Below, one piece after another: positions 23,511 through 36,182 of a stretch of 38,848 nucleotides of DNA. The first letter of the stretch is position 1. Each line of letters starts with the position of its first letter. Position numbers and translations under genes: made by a program. The notes beneath the pieces are model-generated. The model saw only the letters and a list, made by a program, of their open reading frames with translations. It had not been told where the DNA came from and searched no databases. Source of the DNA: Chiloscyllium plagiosum (lineage: Eukaryota); contig NW_025214073.1 in the NCBI RefSeq assembly GCF_004010195.1, forward strand, positions 1 to 38,848. Reading direction: 5' to 3'.

Positions 23511-23604
23511 ATGGTATGTTTTGTCAATTCATTTATTTGCCTTATGAAGCAAAGCCACACCAACGGCAATATCACTATTGCCAGTGGAGACGGTTGGAGA
23601 TGCT

Positions 23605-24060
23605 GAGGAGGTGATAGCCGAGCTGTAATGTTTCTGGAATATTAATCCCGGGACCCAGGTGATGACCCAGACCCAGGATTCGAATCTCACCACAGCAAAT
23701 GTTGGAATTTGAATTCAATAGAATATCAGAAAGTAAGAATCAAATAAAACAATGAAAACATTGTTAATTGTCGTACCTGGCACCCTCATTCCCTTCAGGG
23801 AAGGAAATCTGCCATCTTCACCTGGTCAGGCCAACGTGTAACTCCAGACCCACAGCAATGTGGTTAACACTCAGTTTCCGGTTTAAATGGCCAAGCCAGC
23901 CACCCAGTTATATCACTCACTATAGACTCTCAAAGAAATGTAAGCACTGACTACTCACAGCCCACAGACACTGGTTCATGTTGACCAGTGTTAACATCTT
24001 GTCAAGGACAATGAAGAAAGTGAATTAAATACTGTCTCTGCATCCATTAATGAATAAAAG
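23605..24060 (+). mobile_element. SacSINE1/DeuSINE-like SINE, near full length
   Basis: B box GGATTCGAATCTC; core GGAAGGAAATCTGCCATC...ACTCCAGACCCACAGCAATGTGGTT; tail ...AATGAATAAAA. Confidence 0.75.
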
Positions 24061-24499
24061 TTGATTATCACACTCAGTGAAGACAGACAAAAGGACGTAA
24101 CTCACTTTAAACAGTGACTTTGATGCATATCCTACATGGTCAGGATTTTCAGCAATATGGGAACAGGAGAAAAATAAATAAGATTAATCTCGTTTTTTTT
24201 ATTTCCGTATCAGCTGATCATCAACAATCCCTTTGTTTGCTTCTTTCTCTCTCTCTCTTTCTCAATCTATTCAACACAGTCCTTCTCCCCTTCACAACAG
24301 ATATCACTGTCACCAACATCAATTACACTATTTCCCAGCTGTGTTCCATTCTGATGTGTGGACATTGGACTCAAAATGCCAATTCTGTTTTTCCCCAGAC
24401 CCAAGGCTTCCAAATCTGCTCAGTTTTTTTGGCACTTTCACTTTCTTTTTGTTTCCAATCTCGAGCATCGTTCTTTGTGTTATTTAACCTTTAATGGTG

Positions 24500-24870
24500 T
24501 TATTACATGGGATGTCCGGATCACTGACAGGGGTATCATTTGTTGACCTCACTAAATACCCTTTACTGTGAGGTCACTCTTTCAGACATTATACAACCAA
24601 ACACATTGCTGTTGGTCTGATGTCAGTCTTCAGCCAGACCAGGTAATAATGCTGGATTTCTTTACCAAAGGAGATCATTGAGATAGATAAACTATTGATA
24701 AAGTGCTGGTGCTGTTATGGTTGATATTAATGAAATTCGCTTTTATTTCCAATTTCTGTCATTTGGATTCACGTTCTGACATCATCTGTGGTAGGATGTG
24801 AAACAGTGCCTTTCGTGTAATAGCCTGTGCCTCTGAGTTACATGGCCAGCAACATTACTATTCTAACACA
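24500..24870 (-). mobile_element. Decayed SacSINE1-like SINE, paralog of 7925-8300
   Basis: CACATTGCTGTTGGTCTGATGTCAG...CCAGACCAGGTAA; same position in the duplicated block. Confidence 0.65.
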
Positions 24871-25458
24871 GCTTCGGTATCAAGAATTTGCTTCAGAGAC
24901 TCGAACAAGGTTGTAATGGAAATATTTGCAACTGACAGAGTGCTTAGAAGAGAGCTGGAAACATGAAATCGGAATGTTACGAAGGCAGAGATAATAGTTT
25001 ATTTAGTAACAGCACTGAAACCAAGATGGGGACTGGGGATATTATGGAGCGGGTAGTGGATAGGTTTGGTGATGGAGAGAACCAGGACATAAAACAATTC
25101 AGGGCAAAATGGGAAATCATTATTGTGAACATTCTTGTTCTCAGATGTTTGTGAGAATGGAGGTTGGGGTGGGGATGGGGGGCAGTGGTGGAATTCTGGT
25201 GATGAGTAGAGTTTGCAATTGAAACTGAAAACAGAAGTTTCCGTATTTGCAAAATATAGATAACAGAAATAGCAATGAAGTTCACCATGGTTTATGAGAT
25301 TAATACTTGGATAGAGATAGGGAGACTTACCAGGAACACCAACAGTAGCGAGCACTGGATAGTAACCTGCCTGAATAATCATCAGTACACCTAATATCCA
25401 CCACGGTAATGTTGTCCAAGGCGCGGAGAGATAGTGAAGACCCCAGGATAAACTCCTG

Positions 25459-25584
25459 TCCATTGTTGTAACTTTCCAGTCTAATGTTCGCAGATTCTGA
25501 TCCATTGTTGTAACATTCCAGTCTAATGTTCGCAGATTCTGATCCATTATTGTAAAATTCCTGTGTATGGTTCTCAGATTCTGA
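25459..25584. repeat. 3 x 42-bp tandem repeat TCCATTGTTGTAACWTTCCAGTCTAATGTTCGCAGATTCTGA
   Basis: Units 1 and 2 differ at 1 nt; unit 3 is more diverged. The paralog at ~8854-8897 has a single copy. Confidence 0.92.
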
Positions 25585-26229
25585 TCTCTCCTCTCCCTGT
25601 CTCTATAGCTGTTGATCACTGTTAGTCTCGATACACATTGAAAGAATACCCTTACTAATAGGAGAGGGAAATCCTGCAGTGACATAATTAGAATCTGTGC
25701 AGACTGACATCAATCATAGTCACTGAACAAACAGTTCTAGTTAACCCCTTTAGGTATGGTAACTGAACTGGATTGAATGCTGACATCACTGGCAATTGGT
25801 CGCATGTCCCATCATGAATTGTTCTTATGAAGTCAGTTGTGAGGGAGAATTATGGATGTTTTCTTAGTGCAGACTAGATAATTCTGCTGTGTTGTTTGTT
25901 TGCAATACTGTAACCACCTGAACCCCACATCCCTGCCCCCACCTAAAAAACACAATCAAGACGTTGTTACGGTGCTGATCTCTCCTCGACTAGAACAGGC
26001 ACTAACCAATAGATTTTCAGTGGGCAAATTTGCACTCCAATACACAAGAAGTGTGGATTTGCCTGGGCATTTCTCTCGTTGCACTAATAAGGCAATTTTA
26101 CATCTTCAACACACAATGCGTTTCTGCACTGTTTTTATATAAATTCACAAACACATTAATAGACTTTATTGGCTTCATTCAGTAAGTCTTACATTTTTTG
26201 AATTCAATCCAAAGCCAAATGTGAAATGT

Positions 26230-26856
26230 TGTCATAAAGCCGTCCCTTTACAAGGTTTTGTTGTCCTTGATTTTCTTTTCCCAGAGACGTTCTAAATGAT
26301 CCAAGTTTCCAACATGCCTGAATTTTGAATGTTTCACTGGGGACCGTTTTGTTTATACCTAACAGATATTTCCTCAGGCAGTATGCTTTCAAGTCTTCAA
26401 AGTAAAACTGATACAATGAAGTGCGCGTCGCCAGCTCTCTAGTTGTGCAGGTCAGTTCAGTTCAGGGGTTAGTTGAGTCAGGGTCACTGTTGAAACTGGA
26501 CGCTATCCCTCTCCTTCTGCCCTTCCTCTTTTGTAACATGTAAGCATTTTGAGTCATTTTTCCTCTTTACTTTAAGGGGTTTGTTTTTTGGGATTGTTGC
26601 ATGTACTTTGGAACAGCATCCTTAAGTGGGGATAACCTGTCGGGTTCGGATAGGATGAGTTGTTCGGTATTCTGTTTTCAGTTCATTTTGTTTCATTCTG
26701 TAATTTCGTAAATACATGCTGTTTGTTTAAAACTCGGCAGTGTGACCAGCTAATTCCCTCATTGAATATGCATTGTACACTTACCTTCAAATACCACAGT
26801 TACGGTCTGGGTTACGTGCTTCAAAATATTTGAGGGGTCTGGCCTTGTCCTTAAAA
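26230..26856 (+). mobile_element. Solo LTR related to the Gypsy LTRs at 19714/22048
   Basis: Begins TGTCATAAAGC and ends TGAGGGGTCTGGCCTTGTCCTTAAAA, colinear with the reverse complement of 22048-22714 (e.g. CATTGTACACTTACC). 4-bp TSD ATGT (26226-26229, 26857-26860). Confidence 0.85.
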
Positions 26857-27441
26857 ATGTACAACAACCTTGTTCATTGAAACCCAATGATTAATGCGTC
26901 AGGGATGAAACGAATCTGATATTAGCTGGGAGGCAGAAAGGACTGGAACCAGTAGCTGAGCAGACTTGAGGGGAGTACAGTAACATCTCCCAATCAACCC
27001 TCACTCTTTCTCACAAATGGAATGAAATGCAATGCAGAGTGATAGAACAGATGACATTTGGGTGATGGAATGCTGAACGACAATGTGAATAGAAAAGGCA
27101 ATTTTAAATGTGATGGATGGAATTATAATTTACAGATAGAGTATTCAATAATAGGCTATGCAGGTTGATAAGATTGTTTATCTGAACAGGATATTCAGAA
27201 TTAAAAACAGACACATAACACCATGAGTGGGGTTACAGGGTGTTACAACATAATAATAGTTGGTATATTGCTCATTCCGAACTGGTATTGAGATAATAGG
27301 CTGAGTGAGCACCACCTTTGCTGTAATTAATCTGCGAAATGTATTTAAAGGCTTTCACAGCATGTGGGGACAAGCTTATTAATAAAGGACACAAATGATG
27401 TTATCATCAATAATCTATTCCTGTTGTTTCATAAAGGGTGG

Positions 27442-27574
27442 AAGTGAGGACTGCAGATGCTGGAGATCAGAGCTTAAGATTGTGTTGCTGGAAAAGGGCT
27501 TATGCCTGAAACGTCAATTCTCCTGCTCCTTTGATACTGCCGACCTGCTGCGCTTTTCCAGCAACACATTTTTA
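27442..27574. mobile_element. Second miniature inverted Penelope pLTR insertion
   Basis: Same termini as 21269-21470. Flanks GTTTCATAAAGGGTGG (27426-27441) / GTTTCATAAAGTGTAG (27575-27590) match 14/16 as a TSD. Confidence 0.85.
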
Positions 27575-28019
27575 GTTTCATAAAGTGTAGCTATCTCTAA
27601 AATGTCTTTCAAATCAAAATAAATGGGTTGAGATTCGCGCATTTAAGTGGACCTTGCCAAAAAAAGTTATTTTTGGATCTTGAAGAACAAAACAGAGTCC
27701 AGTTTAATACGAGTGTCACCGGCACAAGTCACGGGAACAGGAATGGAGCAAATTGTTCAAATATAACATCGAGACCCATCTTGAAAAGCAACACATTAGC
27801 GATAATGGAAATCAAACATAAAAGCACAAAATGGTAGAGAAGTGCAACAGATAAGGCAGGATAAGACAGGAGATAAACAATGTTAACAGATTGAGGCTGA
27901 TACGAACCTGTTCTGAGCAAGTCATACTGAACTCAAGGTAGTTAATTTTGTTTCTCTCTGTTCCAATGCTGCCAGAACTGCTGACTTTATCTCCAACACT
28001 TTCAATTGGCATCATAACA

Positions 28020-28300
28020 GGTCACAGAGAATAATGGTGGGTTACTTTTCAGACTGAGGCATGTGACCAGCATTGTTCCACACAGGTTCATTCTGGGTTT
28101 TCATTGTTGGTTCATTCATGTAAATGATTTGGATGAGGATATGAAAAAAACATGTTTAGTAAGTTTGCGGATGACACCAAAACTGGTGGCACAGTGGACA
28201 GTGAAGAAGCTTTTCTAAGATTACAAAAGGATCTTGATCAAATGGGTCAATAGGCTGCCAAATAGCAGATAGAGTTCAATCTGGATGATTGCGAGGTGAA
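28020..28300 (+). mobile_element. CR1 RT fragment
   Basis: 'VNDLDE', 'SKFADDTKTGGTVDSEE'. Confidence 0.8.
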
Positions 28301-28329
28301 GACAATAGTGTATGTTTGCCGCTGTCTGA

Positions 28330-29476
28330 TGCACTGGGAACGAAATGATTTTATTCCCCATCTGTTGTGATACCATGCAAAGATGTCCTCCTTAATCATT
28401 AAGAGGCCTTACCCTCTCCATTGTTACCTTCTTGCTCTTAATGTATTTGTACAATATCTTTAGTTTATTCTGAACCTATCTGCCCATGCTATATCATGTC
28501 CCCTTTTTGCTTTCCTCATTTCTCTCTAAGTAATGTCCAACACGCTTTATATAGTTTAAGAGATTCGATTGATTAAAGTTGTCTATATCTAAATTAAGAT
28601 TTTCTTTTATTCTTGAGCAGAGCCTCAATACCTTTAGTCATCCGTTGTTCCTTAATCTTACCAGACTTACCCTTCACTCTAACAAGAACATAATGCCTCT
28701 CAGTTCTCATCATCATACCTTTGAATGTCTTCCACTAGTTACACGTTCTCTTCACCTGCTAACAATCTCCTTCAATCATACTTGGAATGTCCTTGTCTCA
28801 TGCCATTAAAGTTTATGGTACTCCAATTAAAAATATAATATTAATGGAAGACTTATCCTTTTCCATAACCATTCTGAAATGAATAGAGTTATGATCGCAA
28901 CAGCCATCATATTCTCCCACTTTTACTTCAGTCACTTGCCCTGATATTGCACAAAATAACGTCTAGTTTTGTTCCTTCTCTAGTAGGAGCAACCACATAT
29001 TGATAAACAAAATTTTCTTGAACACATTTGACAAATTCTTCATCGTCCAAACCTTTAACACGAAGGTAGTAACAGTCAAGGTTTGGAAATTTAAAACCGC
29101 CCATTATTATAATCTTATTACGTTTACATATATCTGAGATCTCCCCACATATTTGTTCTTAATTTCTTCCTTACTTATTGGGGAGCATAGAGTACAATTC
29201 CATCAACGTGTTCTTTTCTTTCTGACTTTTAATGTCTACCAATATATTTGCACTGGACGATTTGTCACAAACGAGCATGTCGCACAGTCTCTTATCTTAA
29301 ATTTCTACCCGTATATTTTAACTGAACGCATTTTTGTAATATCTCCCCTAGTTAGAGCAATAATTTATTCCTTAATCAAAATTGCCAGCCCTGCCCACCC
29401 ACTGCTCCTCCACCCCATGTCTCCTTTTCTGTCCTTTCTGTAGCATCTAACACCTGGAAGATGGAATTACCACTCT
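28330..29476 (-). mobile_element. Old decayed CR1 endonuclease/linker fragment
   Basis: Colinear with 31100-32150 of the younger CR1, much more diverged. Confidence 0.7.
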
Positions 29477-29488
29477 TAAAACAAAATG

Positions 29489-32400
29489 CATAGAACATAG
29501 AACAATACAGCGTAGAATCGGCCCTTAGGTCCTGTATGATGCGCCGACCTTTGAAGTATTCTCAGCTCGTTCCCTACACTATCCCAAAATCATCCATGTG
29601 CTTATCTAAGGATGATTTAAATACCCCTAATGTGGCTGAGTTGACTACATTAGCAGATACGGCATTCCAAGTCTTTACATCGCTCTGTGAAATGAACCTG
29701 TCTCTGACATCTGTCTGAAATCTATCACCCCTCAATTTGTAGCTATGCCCCCTCGTATATGCTGACGTCAACATCCTAGCAAAAAGACTTTAACTGTCTA
29801 CCCATCTCATCCTCTGATCATCTTGCATGTCTCTAACAAATTCCCTCTTAGCCTTCTTCTTTCCAATGAGAACAGACCCAAGTCTCTCAGCCTTTCCTCA
29901 TACGACCTTCCCTCCAGACTAGGCAGCATCCTGGTTCATCTCCTCTCCACATTTTCCAATGCTTCCACATCCTTTTTGTAATGGGGCTACCAGAACTGTA
30001 CGCAATATTCCCAGCATGGCCGCACCAGAGTTCTGTATAGTTGCAGCATGATATTGTAGCTCCGGAACTCAATCCCTCTACGAATGAAACCTAACAAACC
30101 GTATGCCACCTTAACAGCACTATCAACCTGGGTGGCAACTTTCAGGGATCTATTTACATGGACTCCAAGATCACTCCGCACATCCACACTACCAAGAATC
30201 TTTCCATTAACCCAGTCCTCTGCCTTTCTGTTATTCTTCCCAAAGTGCATCACCTCACATTTAGCTGGATTGAACTCCATTTGCCACCACTCAGCCCAAT
30301 TCTGCTGTTTATCCAAGTCCCCTGCAACCTGTAACATTCTTCCAAACTGCCCACAACTTCACCGACTTTAGTGTCGTCTGCAAATTTACTAATTCATTCA
30401 CCTGTGCCTGCATTTAAGTCATTTATAAAAATGACAAACATTAGTGGTCCCAAATCAGACTCTTGTGGCACACCACTAGTAACCGGACTCCAGGCTGAAT
30501 ATTTTCCATCAATCACCACTCGCTGCCTTCTTTCAGAAAGCTAGTTTCAAATCCAAAGTGTTACATCGCCGTCAATTCCACGCCCCTGCATTTTCTCCAA
30601 CAGCCTACTATGTGGAACGTTATCAAGGCTTTAGTGAAGTCCATGTATACCACGTCAACTGCCCTACCCTCACCTACATGCTTGGTCACCTTCTCAAAAA
30701 AAATCAATGAGATTTGTGAGACATGACCTGCTTTTGATGAAACCATATTGACTATCTGAAATCAAATTGTTGCTTGCTAGATGATTATAAATCTTATCGC
30801 TTATAATCCTTTAACAAAACATTTCCTACAACAGAAGCAAGGTTCACTGGTCTATAGTTGCTTGGGTCATCTCTACTTGAACAAGGGCACAACATTTGCA
30901 ATCCTCCAGTCCTCGTACTAAACCTGTAGACAATGATGATGCAAATATCAAAGCCAAAGGCTCTGCTATCTCCTCCCTAGCTTCCCAGAGAATCCTTGGA
31001 TAAATCCCATTCGGTCCGGGGGTTTCTCTACTTTCACTCCTTCCAGAATTGATAACACCTGTTCGTTTCTAACCTTGATCCTTTCTAGTCTAATATCTCG
31101 TACTTCATTCTTCTTCTCTGCAATATTCTCTTTTTCCTGAGTGAAAACCGATGAGAAATGTTCAATTAGCAACTCTCTGATCTCCACAAGGTCCACACTC
31201 AACTTCCCGCTCCTGTCTTTGACTGGCCATATTCCTACCCTAACCATCCTTTTATTCCTCACATACCTCTAGAAAGCTTTAGGGTTCTCCTCTATTCTAT
31301 TTGCTAAAGACTGCTAGTGTCCTCTCTATTCTCTTCTTAACTCTCTCTTTAAATCCTTCTTCGATGATCTGTAACTCTCCATCTGAACCACCTTGCCTCA
31401 TCAACACATAAGGCTCCTTCTTCTTAACAAAAGATGCAATTTCTGTTGTAAACCACGGTTCCTTACCTTATCACTTCTTCCCTGTATGACGGGGACATAT
31501 CTATCAAGGACACACAATAACTGTTCCTGAAGCCAGCTGCACATTTCCACTGTCTGCATCCCCTGTATTTTGCTACCCCATTCTTTACCTTCTAATTCTT
31601 GCCTATTCGCATTATAATTGCCCTTATCCCATCGATAACACTTGACATGTGGCATGTACCTATCCGGTTCAATCGCTGAACTAAACATAACTGAATTATG
31701 GTCACTCTCTCTAAAGTGTTCAACTACAACTAAATCAAACACTTGGCCTGGCTCACTGCCAAGCACCAGATCCATTGTGGCCTCCCCTCTTGTCGGCCCT
31801 TCGACATACTGTGTCAGGAAACCCTCCTGTACACATTGGACAATAACTGATCCATCCAACATACTAGAGTTATAGCATTTCCAGTCAATGTTAGGGAAGT
31901 TAAAGTCCCCGATAATGACCACCCTGTTCCTTTCACTCCTACCCAGAATAATTTTGCTAATCCTCTTTTCCACCTCCCTGGAACTCTGTGGAGGCTATAA
32001 AAAACTCCAAGCAGTGTGACCTCTCCTCTCCTGTTTCTAACCTCAGCCCACACTAACTCAGCAAAAGCTCTCAGAGCCAGCGTTATACTATCCTTGGCTA
32101 AAAAAGGCCACACTTCCTCCTCTTTTACCGCCTTGCCTGTTCTTATTAAAAGAGCTTGAACATCTTTCACCCAAGTTCCTATAATAGCTATGATGTCCCA
32201 ATCCCTGAAACGTGCGCTGAGTAGATCAGCCTTCCCTGTAAAACCCATTGCACTGAAGTAAATGCATTTTAGTTCTTCAGAATTACGATATACTCTGATT
32301 CTCTCATCTTTCTTTTCTAACTGGCATGTTCTCATCATATTCAGAGATTTCTCCATCCATCCTACCATTTACACTGCTACTGAGAGTACCTCCACTTGCC

Positions 32401-33554
32401 TTGTCTGCCAATATAAAGTCTGCCTTTATAGCGCGAGCAAATCTCCCTGATAAGATATCGGTGGTTTTCCCCTTTAGATTAGACCAATCCTTTTGGAACA
32501 GGCCGTTTCTATTCCTAAAGACATTCCAATGTCCCAAAAATCTGAATCCGTCAACAACACAGCAGCCCTTCATGCCATTGATTTTTCTCCTTTAACCTTT
32601 TTTTCCACTTCCATGCTTGCATTTGCCATTGGGAGCAAACCAGTAATTACTATTTTTAATCCTCTACAGCACCTCTTTAATTCACTCCGAACTGTTTTAA
32701 TCTTTTCCATAAAAATGTCATTCATACCAATATATACAGTAATTTCTGGCTTCTAAAACACACCTTTAACAATCTACTTGAGACTTTCTGAGACGTTCTT
32801 AATCCTAGTACCGGGTGAACAATAAACTATCCAAAATTTTCGCTCACTGCCACAGAATCTCCTGTTTATGCCCCTGACAGGAGAGACCCTATCGCAATAA
32901 TTATACAAAATCTTCTCAAACGCTGCCTAACATAAGAATTTTTCCAACAGTCCAATAACCGATGGGTCTTCAATTTTCCTCAGAGAGACTACCCCCTTAA
33001 ACAGTTCCAAATACTGAACATCTGTTTGATAGAGGAATAGCCACCGGAGATTTTTTGAACTACCTTCTTACATGTCCTGACAGTCACCCATCTATCTGAC
33101 TGATTTTGCTGGATAATAACTTCCACCTATCTCCTGCTCTACCTTATATATATGGCCTTAATATTATTATGCTTTTAAACAGAATTTTCCATGACATTAA
33201 AATAGAAAATATATCCGTATACATATCAAACATATAAAAAATAAATAAAATCAACCATTTGGAAAACTAATTCAACAAAATTATTCCTCTTCAATAAATT
33301 TCTCGAAGAAAAAAATCTTCTCCAGAGCTGAACGCGTGTAGGGCTCTCCAGAATAAAGGCACATCTTCCTATTTAAACATAGTTTTTGAAACAAAAAAAA
33401 CTTTTGCATTTAAAACAAAGAAGAAGACTTTTGAAACATATGTAGACTTTTCTAGTTTGTTTTGTAGACCCCCCCCCTTTGAAAAGCTCGTTAAAACAAT
33501 GTTCGTTTGAAAAAAATATTTTTTTTCTTGTTTTTTTTTGGTTTTGAATTTTTA
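29489..33554 (-). mobile_element. Full-length, inactivated CR1 LINE (5' UTR, ORF1 esterase, ORF2 EN-RT, 3' tail)
   Basis: 12-bp TSD TAAAACAAAATG (29477-29488, 33555-33566); tail (GTTCTAT)n. EN 'VVIIGDFNFPNIDW...ESDHN'; RT 'VDVVYMDFTKA' and FADD (~30373-30384); 'WQMEFNPAKCEVMHFG'; ORF1 'GFRFLGHWNVF'. Frameshifts and stops are present. Confidence 0.92.
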
Positions 33555-34158
33555 TAAAACAAAATGGAAAAATAATCTCATATTTATAAACTATATGAAC
33601 TACATTAAATGGAATAGAAAACTATAATTAATCTTTAACTATGCTTGCAATCCCACGAGCGGCTGTAAGATCCATACTGCTCTAAGAACACGTATTAAAA
33701 CCTTTTTTTAACAATTTAAAGAAGAGTGGGCATATGTTCTAATAATTTGTTTCAAATGCAAGATAGACTTGGCGATATGATTTGATCTCCTACCATGTGT
33801 ATATGTGCAGCATTTAATTAAGTGTTTATCCTCATCTCTCCAGCTCTTTCAAGCAATCATATGAGCCTGTATCCATCCTGCAGATGAAAAATTCCTTCAG
33901 CTCTGAGCATTGCAGGGAATGTTACAAAGAACATTATCCAGGTCCACGTAAAATACAAATGTTGCAGACGAAGTAAGCCCGACCTAGTCCAATATTAAAC
34001 ACATGCAAGCATTATGAATAAAACATACAGTGAAGAATAGTATAAAAAAAGAATTCAGCTACATGTCCAAAAATAATCTGTGGCTCTCTCATAAAAAGAC
34101 CTTAACTGCATCACGCTGTAAATTCACCAAAAATAGGAAGAATAAGAGACTGTAATTC

Positions 34159-34183
34159 TTAATTCTTCTCCTTTGAACAACAT
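34159..34183 (-). other. Candidate short terminal coding exon (x-CCSKEKN*), paralog 2
   Basis: Acceptor TCTTATTTCTCCTGTTCTTCAG; same phase and stop position as 12568-12592. Confidence 0.25.
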
Positions 34184-34539
34184 CTGAAGAACAGGAGAAA
34201 TAAGACAAGTCTTATCTGTGAGCTTCATAAATGATGATGAGGAGGAACATGCTAGTTTAAAGATGATATAAATGGTTTGTTCAGGTGGCTAGATCAATGG
34301 CTGATGAGATTTGACTGATTAATGTGAGGTGATACATTTCAGAAGTAACAAGACAAGAGAGAGTACTCAAACTATGATGAGGGGTTAGATGTTTTTGAAG
34401 CAGAGGAGGTTGAGAGGGATTCCTGATTGAGGCATTTAAGAGCATGAAGTTTATGGACATTTGAACAGAGACCAGCTCTTCCCCTTACTCGAGTGCTCAA
34501 TACGGAGGAGATATAATTTTGAAGTGAACTTGATCTCAC

Positions 34540-34683
34540 CATTAATCTGTAAAGCTTAATTGCAGACTTATGTTGAATTTAGATTCCAGCATTTGCAGTG
34601 GCTGCATTTGAATCTGAGTTCCTAGAATATTAGCTTGATCGCTGAATCAGCAGTTGGCGATAATACCACGAGGACATCACTTT
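34540..34683 (-). mobile_element. SacSINE1-like 5' fragment
   Basis: Reverse-complement similarity to 23605-23750. Confidence 0.55.
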
Positions 34684-34699
34684 CATCTTATCATAGTCT

Positions 34700-36160
34700 T
34701 CTTTGTTAAGGTATGAATGAAGTTTTATCCTTTTTCACGATTCCTCTTCCACTCAGGAATAAACTTTAATTGATGTGTTTTTACTATCTTCCAAAGTATG
34801 TGCCATTGTTCTTCAAATGTTCTGCCCTTCAATGTTATTTTTTCGAGTCCACTCAGGCCAATCCTTCCACATAATTATCACTGCCTGATACTAAAACCCT
34901 TGTATATTTGAACCTGAATGTGAAACTCCAGCATGTTATGGTCACTCTTTCAGAGGATCCTCTACTACAAGATGATTTATCACTCCTTCCTCATTATTCA
35001 CACCAAATCTAAAAGCCAGTTTTCTGGTTTGTTGTTCTAAGAAATAATCCCTCATACGTTCTGCGCATCGTTATTTTGAGGCTACCCTTGCCAAATTGAT
35101 TAATTAAGCCAATATGCATACACAGATTGCTCACTCTTGTGCCCTTCTCACAAGCCATTGTTATTCCCTGGTTTTTGAAAGTATGTTTGGAGGATGGGAG
35201 TATTGTGGCATGAAATTACTCCTAGAAGCAGTTTTGTTTCCATGTGCTTTATTTGATCCAAACTGATTTGTCATTTTGGTCCCTCGTGCTAATGTCATTT
35301 TTAATGCAGCCTTGATATCATTCTAATCAATGCAGCAACTAAACCCGCTGTACGTTCTTGTCTGAGTAATGAGTACCCTTGGACATTTCACTTCCCAACA
35401 CTGACCTTCCTGTAACCACCTTTCTGTAAGCTCCACCAGGCCGTATCTTTTTAACTCTGTTTGTGCTATCATTTTTTCCAAATATTCCATGCATTTAGGT
35501 ACAAGATATTTACATAAGTTATATTGGATTGTTTTATCTCCTTTAATACTTTTGGCGCACTCCACACACTCCATTCTTATTTTTTGATCTCCGATAATAC
35601 TGAACCTATCATTTCCACTCACATTTTTAAAATTGCTATAGTTATTTTCCTCAGCATATTCGTTAGACTGGCCCTGCCTGTCTATTCTATTAAACTCTAA
35701 TTTCAGCTCACTTGCTGTCCTGCTGCTCTGGTTTTCAGTCTCCTGCATTATTCATTTAACTCCACCCAAGATGCATCATCAAACCTCCCTGCCAGGATGT
35801 TGGTGTCTCTCCAGTTAAAATGGACCCTGTCCTTTATTACAGGTCCCACCTGCCCTGGACAAAATCCCAACGAGCCATAAATCTGAAACCCTCTTCCTGA
35901 ACCAGTTCTTCAACCACATATTAAAGTTTTCTCTCTTCATCTTTCTTATCTCACTTCCACCTAGCACGAGGAGTAACCCAAGATCACAACCCTGGATATC
36001 CTGCGTTTCCACTCAGGCCAATCTCCCTGCACTCTCTTTGCAGGATCTTGTCACATTTCCTGCCAATGTTATTGATACCAATGTGTGCCACTGGCTGTAA
36101 ACCCTCCCCTTCAGTATGCCCTGAGCATTCGCGGAGACATCCCTGATCCTCGCACCAAAG
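34700..36160 (-). mobile_element. Decayed CR1 (ORF1 esterase C-half and EN)
   Basis: 'AHIGINNIGRKCDKILQRECREIG', 'FNMWLKNWFRK', 'YGLVELTERWLQEGQCW'. Confidence 0.75.
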
Positions 36161-36182
36161 ACACTTTTTATGAAGAATGCAT

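Noticed and set aside
24999..25685. 228-aa minus-strand ORF
   Set aside because: Inflated by the 42-bp repeat, no recognisable domain, and the frame is not preserved in the paralog.
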